NCBI GenBank assembly: GCA_964440825.1
Contig: CAYYKU010000002.1
Coordinates: 1 to 37,150, forward strand
DNA length: 37,150 nt
Origin: Candidatus Woesearchaeota archaeon
Lineage (GTDB): Archaea; Nanobdellota; Nanobdellia; Pacearchaeales; GW2011-AR1
Reading direction: 5' to 3'
In this document: in pieces, positions 1-6,845 of the stretch
How positions within the stretch are numbered: the first letter of the stretch is position 1
Layout: each line of letters starts with the position of its first letter
The notes under the pieces: generated by a model
Seen by the model: the letters and a program-made list of their open reading frames with translations, nothing else
Told to the model about the DNA's origin: nothing
The model's database searches: none
Position numbers and translations under genes: made by a program

Positions 1-60
1 TTGCGAAAGCAAAATTACTATTCTAGGCTAAATGTTTAATTTAGACGCAAAGCCCTAGTA

Positions 61-573
61 TTAGAAACCACTTGCATAAAAGATTACTGGTCGATTAGCG
101 TGTCCTGCTCCTGTTAATGTCCAACTAGTTTCTTTTTTGAAAGAAGTAGTGGTCCTTCCATAAACATACATCCCAGCACTATACTCCGTATTTGTCCACT
201 TTTCTTCGCTAGTACTATTTCCGCCAAAATAAGCTAGTAGTAATGTATACTTATTATTAGTAAATGCTGTTGGTAAATCAATAGCAGTATAATCATTTGC
301 AAATGAAATTCCACCTTGTTCAATCCAACCACTATTGTATTTTCTATACCATGAAGTATTATCACTAGAACGCCAAGTAGTAACTACATAATCAGCACCA
401 GCAGGAAGACCACTTACACTGCCTTCAATTTCATCAGCAGAATGGCCCATCACACTCGGAGCAGCGCCAGAATTATATGCAAAACTTAATCCGACAAATC
501 CAATTAAAATAAAAAATCCGACAATCAAAGACCAAACTTTCCAACTTAGATCAACTTTAACACTTCTTTTCAT
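61..573 (-). CDS. membrane-anchored extracellular protein, C-terminal region reminiscent of phage tail-fibre/collar domains (hypothetical)
   Basis: The ORF track gives 61..645, but codon 645 is a TTG that overlaps gmk. The ATG at 573 (MKRSVKVDLSWKVW...) lies exactly 29 nt from a TTTATAAA box at 595-602. There is one TM helix (WSLIVGFFILIGFVGLSF), then GHSADEIEG, then WYRKYNSGWIEQGG...LPTAFTNNKY...FYASGF. The tail-fibre resemblance is from memory only. Confidence 0.6.
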   Translation of the reverse strand: MKRSVKVDLSWKVWSLIVGFFILIGFVGLSFAYNSGAAPSVMGHSADEIEGSVSGLPAGADYVVTTWRSSDNTSWYRKYNSGWIEQGGISFANDYTAIDLPTAFTNNKYTLLLAYFGGNSTSEEKWTNTEYSAGMYVYGRTTTSFKKETSWTLTGAGHANRPVIFYASGF

Positions 574-594
574 AATAAAATTAAATCTCTTCTG

Positions 595-612
595 TTTATA
601 AATATTTTTAAA
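595..612. promoter_or_regulatory. back-to-back divergent TATA boxes (TTTATAAA for the minus gene starting at 573; TTTTTAAA for gmk starting at 634)
   Basis: Box 595-602 is 29 nt from ATG-573 on the minus strand. Box 605-612 begins 29 nt upstream of ATG-634. The same spacing recurs throughout the window. Confidence 0.5.
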
Positions 613-633
613 CGCCAATAGAGTATAATATTC

Positions 634-1197
634 ATGAAAGGACAAATTTTTATTATAACTGGCCCATCTGGAGTTGGCAAAACCGAAATCTCCAAAAGAA
701 TTTTAGCAAATTTAAAATTGAATACTAAGAAAGTAATAACTTGCACAACTAGGCCAAAAAGAGGGGGTGAAATAGACGGAAAAGACTATTTTTTTCTTTC
801 GAGAGAAGAGTTTAAAGAAAATCTAAAAAATAACAAATTTTTTGAATTTGCAAACGTTTATGGTAACTATTATGGGAGTAGAAAAGAAGACGTTGAGAAA
901 ATCCTGCATGCCGGTACAAACGTTTTGTTCGTAATTGATGTTCAGGGTGCAGTAAATATGAAAAAAATAGATCCAGACTGTAAGGTAATCTTTATTCAGG
1001 CAGAAAGTTTAGAAGAATTAAAAGTAAGACTTATGAGCCGAAATTCTGATGATGAAAGAGTTATAGAAAAGAGACTTTCTACTGCTCTAACCGAAATGGA
1101 ATCTGCACAAGAATTTGATTTTACCGTATATAACTTGCACGACAAACTAGGTGAAGCTGTAAGAGAAGTTGAAAAGATAATCTCGGCAAAAGTTTAA
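634..1197 (+). CDS. gmk: guanylate kinase
   Basis: P-loop GPSGVGKTE, the TTRPKRGGEIDGKDYFFLSREEF guanylate-binding motif, and a length (187 aa) typical of Gmk. Confidence 0.9.
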   Translation: MKGQIFIITGPSGVGKTEISKRILANLKLNTKKVITCTTRPKRGGEIDGKDYFFLSREEFKENLKNNKFFEFANVYGNYYGSRKEDVEKILHAGTNVLFVIDVQGAVNMKKIDPDCKVIFIQAESLEELKVRLMSRNSDDERVIEKRLSTALTEMESAQEFDFTVYNLHDKLGEAVREVEKIISAKV

Positions 1198-1200
1198 ATA
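1193..1200 (+). promoter_or_regulatory. TATA box (TTTAAATA) for tyrS, leaderless geometry
   Basis: The box begins 29 nt upstream of ATG-1222 and overlaps the gmk stop codon. Confidence 0.5.
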
Positions 1201-1221
1201 ACACAAAAACAAGAGTTAACT

Positions 1222-2370
1222 ATGGCAAAAAAAGAATTAACAGTTGAAGAAAAACTAGCTCTGATTAAAAGAAATACTGAAGAAATAATCGGAGAAGAAG
1301 AGTTGGTAGAACTTTTAACTAACAAAGAAAAATTAAAGCACTATATTGGTTTTGAGATTTCAGGTAAACCTCATTTAGGACACGGTTTAGTTTGTATGTC
1401 AAAAGTAAAAGATTTACACGATGCAGGTGTTGAAACTTCTATTTTCTTAGCAGATTATCATTCTTGGATTAACAATAAACTTGGCGGAGACATGAAAATA
1501 ATACAAGAAATCGGCGTTCCATTCTTCAAAGAAGCTTTAATTGCAGCTTACAAGTGTGTTGGTGGAGATCCAAAAGATTTGAAATTTGTTTTAGGAAGCG
1601 AATTATATCATAATAACGATAGATATTGGCAAACAGTTATTGATGTTTCTAAAAATACAACTTTAGCGAGAATGCAAAGAAGTATTACTATTGCTGGAAG
1701 AAAGGAAGGTGAAAGTGTTAATTTTGCAATAATGTTATATCCTGCAATGCAAGTAGCGGATATTTTTGAACAAGGAGTTAATTTAACTCATGCTGGAAAC
1801 GATCAAAGAAAAGCACAAGTTATTGCAAGAGAAGTCGCTCTTCAAATGAAGTTCTCTCCTTTATTAAATAAAAAAGGAGAAAAAATAAAGCCTGTTGCAG
1901 TTCATGGACACTTAATTTTAGGACTTCAAAAACCAACTATTTGGCCTGTTCCAAAAGAGAGTATGCAAGATCTTTGGGCACAAATGAAAATGTCAAAGTC
2001 ACTTCCAGGTTCAGCAATCTACATGGTAGACAATGAAGAAGAAGTAAAGAAGAAGATTTCCGGAGCTTTCTGTCCCGAGGGAGAAATAGGGTTTAATCCA
2101 TTGATGGATTGGGCAAAATATTTAGTTTTTATTAATGATAAATCCACATTAGAAATAAAAAGACCTGAGAAATTTGGCGGTAATAAAACTTACAAAACAT
2201 TCGAAGAATTAGCAGATGATTTCACAAACAAAAAACTTCATCCAATGGATTTAAAATCTGCAATGGCAGAAAAAATCAATGAAATTTTAGCACCTGCAAG
2301 AGAGCATTTCGCACAAACAAAGGTTAAGAAACTTAAAGAAGAAATGGATAAACTCTTGATTACTCGATAA
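1222..2370 (+). CDS. tyrS: tyrosyl-tRNA synthetase, archaeal type
   Basis: LIKRNTEEIIGEEEL, the HIGH-type motif GKPHLGHG, YPAMQVADI, KMSKS, and the C-terminal IKRPEKFGG...LHPMDLK. It is colinear with Methanocaldococcus TyrRS as I recall it. Confidence 0.9.
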   Translation: MAKKELTVEEKLALIKRNTEEIIGEEELVELLTNKEKLKHYIGFEISGKPHLGHGLVCMSKVKDLHDAGVETSIFLADYHSWINNKLGGDMKIIQEIGVPFFKEALIAAYKCVGGDPKDLKFVLGSELYHNNDRYWQTVIDVSKNTTLARMQRSITIAGRKEGESVNFAIMLYPAMQVADIFEQGVNLTHAGNDQRKAQVIAREVALQMKFSPLLNKKGEKIKPVAVHGHLILGLQKPTIWPVPKESMQDLWAQMKMSKSLPGSAIYMVDNEEEVKKKISGAFCPEGEIGFNPLMDWAKYLVFINDKSTLEIKRPEKFGGNKTYKTFEELADDFTNKKLHPMDLKSAMAEKINEILAPAREHFAQTKVKKLKEEMDKLLITR

Positions 2371-2372
2371 TT

Positions 2373-2756
2373 TTACAATCCTAAATTCTTAATAATATCT
2401 CCAACACGATTTTCATTTTTTATAAAAACTGGAACTCCCAAACCTTCGACTTTTTCTTTCAATGCCCCTTCAAGTCCGCTTGTATGAATAACCATTTTAG
2501 TGTCGGGAGACTTTCTCTGTGTTTCACGAACTAGTAAAAGACCTCCAAGTTCTGCAGATAACTTAGAATCATCGGCATATCTGGGCATCATCATATCATA
2601 AATCGCACAATCAGGACGTAATGATCTCTCACTTAAAACTTTCTGAGCAATTTGACTGTAAGAATAACAAACAACTTTATGTCCTTTTTGTTCTATTGCA
2701 TCAATAAGATATTGAACTTCTTTTATTTGATCATCCACTATAAGCACTGTAGCCAT
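2373..2756 (-). CDS. stand-alone CheY-like response regulator receiver domain
   Basis: Acidic pair LIVDDQ, phospho-acceptor context AIYDMMMP, conserved T (IHTSG) and K (VFIKN). It is 127 aa with no output domain. Confidence 0.8.
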   Translation of the reverse strand: MATVLIVDDQIKEVQYLIDAIEQKGHKVVCYSYSQIAQKVLSERSLRPDCAIYDMMMPRYADDSKLSAELGGLLLVRETQRKSPDTKMVIHTSGLEGALKEKVEGLGVPVFIKNENRVGDIIKNLGL

Positions 2757-2777
2757 AAAAATAGTCCTGAAATTCTA

Positions 2778-2785
2778 CTTAAATA
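2778..2785 (-). promoter_or_regulatory. TATA box (TATTTAAG on minus strand) for the receiver gene
   Basis: The distal end lies 29 nt from ATG-2756. Confidence 0.45.
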
Positions 2786-2786
2786 A

Positions 2787-3272
2787 TTATCTTTTCCTCA
2801 CAGAACCATAATCAAGATGCAATTGAGAAGCAAGAACAGAGTCATTAAAACAAGCAGATCCCTTTTCAGCAGAATACTTCCAAAGAAAAAATGCCTTTCC
2901 GTCGCAAGAAACAAAGTTTTGATCCTGTAATTCACAAGGTTTGAAAGGAATAACCGGTATTTGATAATCATAAAATAATCTTCTTACTTGTGAGAGGCTA
3001 TTTCTCTCAGTATCTTGTACTACAACTTTTAATTCTATACCTTTGTTTATTGCCCCTTCAAAAGCAGCGTAAACTCTTTCACTATTCCAAATAGGCTGTT
3101 CAAGTGTTCTCCAAAATAAATTTATTTCTTTATTGGCAGTCGAAACAAGATTATCTAAAACAACAGCAGTATGGTCTAATCCTTTTACTTCAAGTAATTG
3201 AGAAGAGTCATCTTTAATTAACGTTTTAACTATTTCTTCATAAAAATTAAAGCCCAATGTTTGTTTTCCCAT
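2787..3272 (-). CDS. hypothetical protein, paralogue A of the 3314-3802 gene (possible HKD-less PLD/TrmB-C-like fold)
   Basis: It aligns by eye with the neighbouring ORF: MGKQ..NFYEEIVKTLIK / MGKP..NFYSKLFEDLIK, STANKEINLF / SAANKEVCIC, and a C-terminal FND motif. The fold assignment is weak inference. Confidence 0.6.
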   Translation of the reverse strand: MGKQTLGFNFYEEIVKTLIKDDSSQLLEVKGLDHTAVVLDNLVSTANKEINLFWRTLEQPIWNSERVYAAFEGAINKGIELKVVVQDTERNSLSQVRRLFYDYQIPVIPFKPCELQDQNFVSCDGKAFFLWKYSAEKGSACFNDSVLASQLHLDYGSVRKR

Positions 3273-3293
3273 AAAAAGTCTTCAAAAACCCAG

Positions 3294-3301
3294 ATTAAAT
3301 A
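3294..3301 (-). promoter_or_regulatory. TATA box (TATTTAAT on minus strand) for paralogue A
   Basis: The distal end lies 29 nt from ATG-3272. Confidence 0.45.
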
Positions 3302-3313
3302 GATTTCTATTTT

Positions 3314-3802
3314 TTAATCAAGTGGTCTTCTTAAGTTAAACGCGCCAACTGGATCGTTAAAAGCCACCAAACCTTCTAGTGCATCAGAATTCATTATAGT
3401 ATATGCACGAGTATCGCTTATTATCATATTTCCAGGTTCTGTATGGTCAGCAATAGCGTATCTAATCTGGACACTGTGTTTTAGAAGATAAGCTTCTAAA
3501 TATTTAGGAACTGGACCTTCAGAGGTTATATTAAAAGATACATTTCTATCTAACGCTCTGGAAAGACTCGTAAACACTTTTGGATCCATCCATAAATCAG
3601 CAGAGAACTTGCTACAACAAATGCACACTTCTTTATTTGCCGCTGAAATTAAACCCGAAGTAACAATCTTGGCCTGCATTAAGCCTTTAAATTCATATCC
3701 ATAATTAGCCTCGCTTTTAATTAGATCTTCAAATAATTTGCTGTAAAAATTGATACATAATTTAGCGTTTTCTTCCCTACTCGAAGCAACAGGTTTTCCC
3801 AT
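3314..3802 (-). CDS. hypothetical protein, paralogue B
   Basis: The track start is 3838. I prefer ATG-3802 (MGKPVASS...) because it matches the MGK start of paralogue A and has an A/T-rich box upstream, whereas start 3838 has no box at -29. Confidence 0.6.
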   Translation of the reverse strand: MGKPVASSREENAKLCINFYSKLFEDLIKSEANYGYEFKGLMQAKIVTSGLISAANKEVCICCSKFSADLWMDPKVFTSLSRALDRNVSFNITSEGPVPKYLEAYLLKHSVQIRYAIADHTEPGNMIISDTRAYTIMNSDALEGLVAFNDPVGAFNLRRPLD

Positions 3803-3837
3803 GATTACATTATTCAAATAAATTAATTTTGTGTACA

Positions 3838-5874
3838 CTATTCAGTTCTCATAAAATTAGAACGTTTCATAATATCTGTTAATTTGTCTTGATTTCTATC
3901 TATGTCAGCCATAGCTATAACTTCCATAATCTCCGAATTACCAATGTGGAAATCTGTTTTAGCAATCTTCAACTCTCTCATTAATTTCTGTCTAAATGAC
4001 TGTGAAACAAGTATTTTGCCTTCACTTAAGTCAGATATTCTCTTTGCAAGCACAACACCATTTCCAATATTTGTATAGGCTAATTTTCCATTTACTAATG
4101 CAGAAACCATCTCCCCAGCATTCAATCCGATGTTATATACTATTTTATCTTTAAATTTACTATTATATTTGTCCAGCTCATTTCTTATCTTCCAAGCTGC
4201 TTTAGAAGCAATTATCTCGTTCTTGTAAGTCCTAGTAACCAAGGGAGAATAAATAATCAACATGTGTTGTCCTCTAAATTCTAAAACTCCGTATTTGTCC
4301 TTAGCAGTCGAAATAATTTCATTAAGTCTACTTCTAGCTTCCACACCTAAATGAGCATAATTCTTTATATTGACCGCAATAACTGAGCAATTATCTTTAT
4401 TTCCCTTTAATGTAGGTACTGATTGAGCTTCGTTTACTATTGGGTTTGCCAAATTCAGGAATTGTTTTTTCTGGAAAGCTTTTTTGCTGATTTCGTTCAA
4501 GTCTTCATCTTTCATTTCTTTTTGTGCTCTTTCATGTGATCTTGCTTTATAGTCATATGTTCTATTATTTCTGAACTTCATGAAAACTATTATTCCTGCT
4601 ACAATTAAAATAAGTGCAATAAAAAACCAAACCAAAGGATATTGTTCGAATAAACCGACTCCGGTCCAACTGCCAACTGAAACTGCATGCCCAGTTAAAC
4701 TTAATTGGCTAGCTGCAGAAAATACTCCTGTTTGTGCAAGAACATCATATATGCCGTCTGGCGCATGTAAATTATATCTTTTCTCCTCTCCTAATTTTAA
4801 ATCTACTAAAATTGTCTCAGTTTCATTTCCTATTGTAACATTTAAGCTATCTGAATAGGGGACATTTCCTATATTTGTAACAGAAACCATCTTCAAATCT
4901 TCAAGTAAAACAACGGAGATATTAGCGACTTCTTTTACTGTAAATTCTTTTTCAACAGAAAGATCTCCAATTGTAGCAGTTAAAAGATAACTTCCAGGAG
5001 TTGCATCACTTGGAAAGTCTATAGTTCCAGTTGTTCCAGATAAAATATCTAAATTATTTTGCTCGTTTTTTGGAGAAGTATATTTAACAGAAACACTTCC
5101 AGGCATTTTCAATCCTATTTGATCAGTCAAATCGACAGAAAAACTAAAATTTTGGTTTGGTGTTGCTTCAAAACTACCTAAACCAATTTCTAATTTTCTA
5201 GGGACTTGCTTAACTTCATAATATAATGCATATTTTTTCTGATTTAAAATATTATTAATCTCCCCATCATAAACCCATACAACTACTTCATATTTTCCAG
5301 CAGGAGCATCATTAGCAATTTGATATAATGCTGTAGCTATTCCTTCTTCTACATTTCCATTCAAATTAGCTGAGCTTGAAAGTTGATAGTGTCCATTTAA
5401 GGAGATGCCATTTGCTTTTTTAGCTTCCATAGAAATAGAAACAGTTTCTCCTGGGCTGTATAATGCCTTATCTATTTTAGTGGTTAATGAAATATCCTCA
5501 GTTAATAGAAAATGATTAGAATTTACAGACTCGCTTCCTAAAAAGGATTGAATATAACAGTCACCAATTAAAGAACCTAAATATTCTTTAGTAAGTATTA
5601 TTTTATGATTTATTTTTTGCGGAACATTTGGTGAAAAAGCACTTTCTGCAGGAGCTATTTTATAAAAATTTACTGAGTTTCCATCACAAACTAAATTTAT
5701 TTCAAAACTACCAGTTACATTTGAAGGATTTAAACTTACAGAAGTGAATACTGTATCTCCAAAATTGTAAACTTCAAAAGGTTGTTGTGTTATTTCTATC
5801 GTCGCTGAAGCAAAAGCCAAGCTAAATAAAACTGCAAAAGCAAAAATAGATACTAAACTTCCTCTCTTTATCAT
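3838..5874 (-). CDS. single-pass receptor-like membrane protein: signal peptide, beta-sandwich/Ig-like ectodomain, TM helix, cytoplasmic degenerate class III nucleotidyl-cyclase-homology domain
   Basis: Signal peptide (LVSIFAFAVLFSLAFASA). About 400 aa of beta-rich repeats (PGETVSISMEA..., APAGKYEVVVWVYD, ATPGSYLLTATIGD). TM helix WFFIALILIVAGIIVFMKF. The C-terminal 183 aa follow the cyclase pattern: CSVIAVNIKNY..., NIGLNAGEMVSAL, YTNIGNGVVLAKRISDLSEGKILVSQSFRQKL. Confidence 0.7.
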   Translation of the reverse strand: MIKRGSLVSIFAFAVLFSLAFASATIEITQQPFEVYNFGDTVFTSVSLNPSNVTGSFEINLVCDGNSVNFYKIAPAESAFSPNVPQKINHKIILTKEYLGSLIGDCYIQSFLGSESVNSNHFLLTEDISLTTKIDKALYSPGETVSISMEAKKANGISLNGHYQLSSSANLNGNVEEGIATALYQIANDAPAGKYEVVVWVYDGEINNILNQKKYALYYEVKQVPRKLEIGLGSFEATPNQNFSFSVDLTDQIGLKMPGSVSVKYTSPKNEQNNLDILSGTTGTIDFPSDATPGSYLLTATIGDLSVEKEFTVKEVANISVVLLEDLKMVSVTNIGNVPYSDSLNVTIGNETETILVDLKLGEEKRYNLHAPDGIYDVLAQTGVFSAASQLSLTGHAVSVGSWTGVGLFEQYPLVWFFIALILIVAGIIVFMKFRNNRTYDYKARSHERAQKEMKDEDLNEISKKAFQKKQFLNLANPIVNEAQSVPTLKGNKDNCSVIAVNIKNYAHLGVEARSRLNEIISTAKDKYGVLEFRGQHMLIIYSPLVTRTYKNEIIASKAAWKIRNELDKYNSKFKDKIVYNIGLNAGEMVSALVNGKLAYTNIGNGVVLAKRISDLSEGKILVSQSFRQKLMRELKIAKTDFHIGNSEIMEVIAMADIDRNQDKLTDIMKRSNFMRTE

Positions 5875-5895
5875 ATTTATATTAGATAAAACCCT

Positions 5896-5903
5896 TATTT
5901 AAA
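5896..5903 (-). promoter_or_regulatory. TATA box (TTTAAATA on minus strand) for the receptor gene
   Basis: The distal end lies 29 nt from ATG-5874. Confidence 0.5.
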
Positions 5904-5945
5904 GATTATTATTGTCTATAAATTATTTTTGTATGCTATTTTAAA

Positions 5946-6845
5946 CTAAAAATAATAGGCCGTAACATTAATTAGAGTATTTTTAATAGTTAGGGCATGC
6001 TTTTCAACTTCATCTTTAATGTGAAACTCCTCTTCTACCTTTAATCTTTCTTTATAGCTTCTTTTTTTAAGCATTTCGAGTCTTTCGTTAGATTCCCGAA
6101 TCATACGCATAATAATATTTCTATCTCTTTCATAAGATGTATGTCTAAGTTTACTCTGCAATAGTTTGATTTTATTTGCACAACTTTCTACTTCATCATC
6201 TTTTTCTTTAATTTGCTTATTATAGTGACTCTTTACTCTAGTTAATTCTCTTTCAAGTTTCTGTTTCAAAATTTTCTTAATGGGTTTTATATCGCTCGAG
6301 ATTCTTTCTCCTAATTTTTTCTTTGCAAGTTGATAGTATTCTTCAGAATTCAAAGTTTGAATTTCATCTTTATTACCTTTCTGTGTTTTAAATTTAGAAA
6401 CATCTATCTCTAATATTTTTCCGTCTTTAACAAAAAATCTATTCAAAGACTGCTTTTTATCATTGAGATATTGATAAGTTGACATAAAAGAAAATTCGTA
6501 AAATAATTTTTCTCCTTTTATTTTGGAAAGTGTTGATTTTCCTGGAATTGCTTGGAGTTTTACTAAACTTGTCTGACCTTTATTTTCCAAATAATCTCTA
6601 ATAGCTAATAAAAAATAACTTCCTTGCATTATCAATTCAGAGTTAGCTACTTTATTATGTGTATTAATATCAAAAACAAATTTATAGGGTGCTTTTTTGC
6701 CAATAAAATTTTCAAAATCTTCCGGAACATTAGTTACATGTAATACTCTTTCTTTCTCTTCAGTAGAAAAATCCTTAAAAAACTCCATAAGAAAATTCTT
6801 TGAAATATCCTGATTTTTAGAATTAATTTTTATGTTTTTGCTCAT
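5946..6845 (-). CDS. hypothetical coiled-coil protein translationally coupled to the SNF2 helicase (possibly YqhG-like)
   Basis: ATGA overlap with the helicase stop (6842-6845). The N-terminal globular part reads FLMEFFKDF...LHVTNVPEDFENF...PYKFVFD...GSYFLLAIRDYL. The C-terminal half is K/E-rich and helical. Confidence 0.6.
   Translation of the reverse strand: MSKNIKINSKNQDISKNFLMEFFKDFSTEEKERVLHVTNVPEDFENFIGKKAPYKFVFDINTHNKVANSELIMQGSYFLLAIRDYLENKGQTSLVKLQAIPGKSTLSKIKGEKLFYEFSFMSTYQYLNDKKQSLNRFFVKDGKILEIDVSKFKTQKGNKDEIQTLNSEEYYQLAKKKLGERISSDIKPIKKILKQKLERELTRVKSHYNKQIKEKDDEVESCANKIKLLQSKLRHTSYERDRNIIMRMIRESNERLEMLKKRSYKERLKVEEEFHIKDEVEKHALTIKNTLINVTAYYF

Noticed and set aside
1-12. Small hairpin ttgc-gaaa-gcaa at the window start.
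   Set aside because: A 4-bp stem is expected by chance, and there is no context at the window edge.
573-645. Track N-terminal extensions using non-ATG starts: TTG-645, TTG-8707, GTG-30151, GTG-15331, GTG-12398, TTG-36841, TTG-11115.
   Set aside because: In each case a downstream ATG fits the -29 TATA rule or an ATGA/SD coupling signal. For 36841 the frame simply continues upstream. For 11115 the frame is the continuation of an interrupted ORF.
1222-2370. Possibility that the class I aaRS is TrpRS rather than TyrRS, and that its extra ~75 aa relative to the Methanocaldococcus enzyme is a notable insertion.
   Set aside because: The C-terminal IKRPEKFGG...LHPMDLK and N-terminal IKRNT.EII.EEEL blocks match TyrRS. 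The extra length is spread over several small loops and both termini rather than forming one discrete inserted domain.
4580-4858. Short ORFs in the track lying antisense to, or inside, long well-supported genes: 4580-4858, 8066-8269, 8142-8471, 9914-10111, 14760-14972, 15026-15223, 16236-16538, 20636-20827, 20876-21136, 22550-22918, 25162-25410, 29089-29277, 29547-29918, 31596-31874, 34127-34339.
   Set aside because: Each is fully embedded in a longer ORF that has recognisable domains or proper start signals. Their translations are low-complexity (F/L/I/K/S-rich), as expected for shadow frames in AT-rich DNA. None has a -29 TATA box or an SD that I could see.
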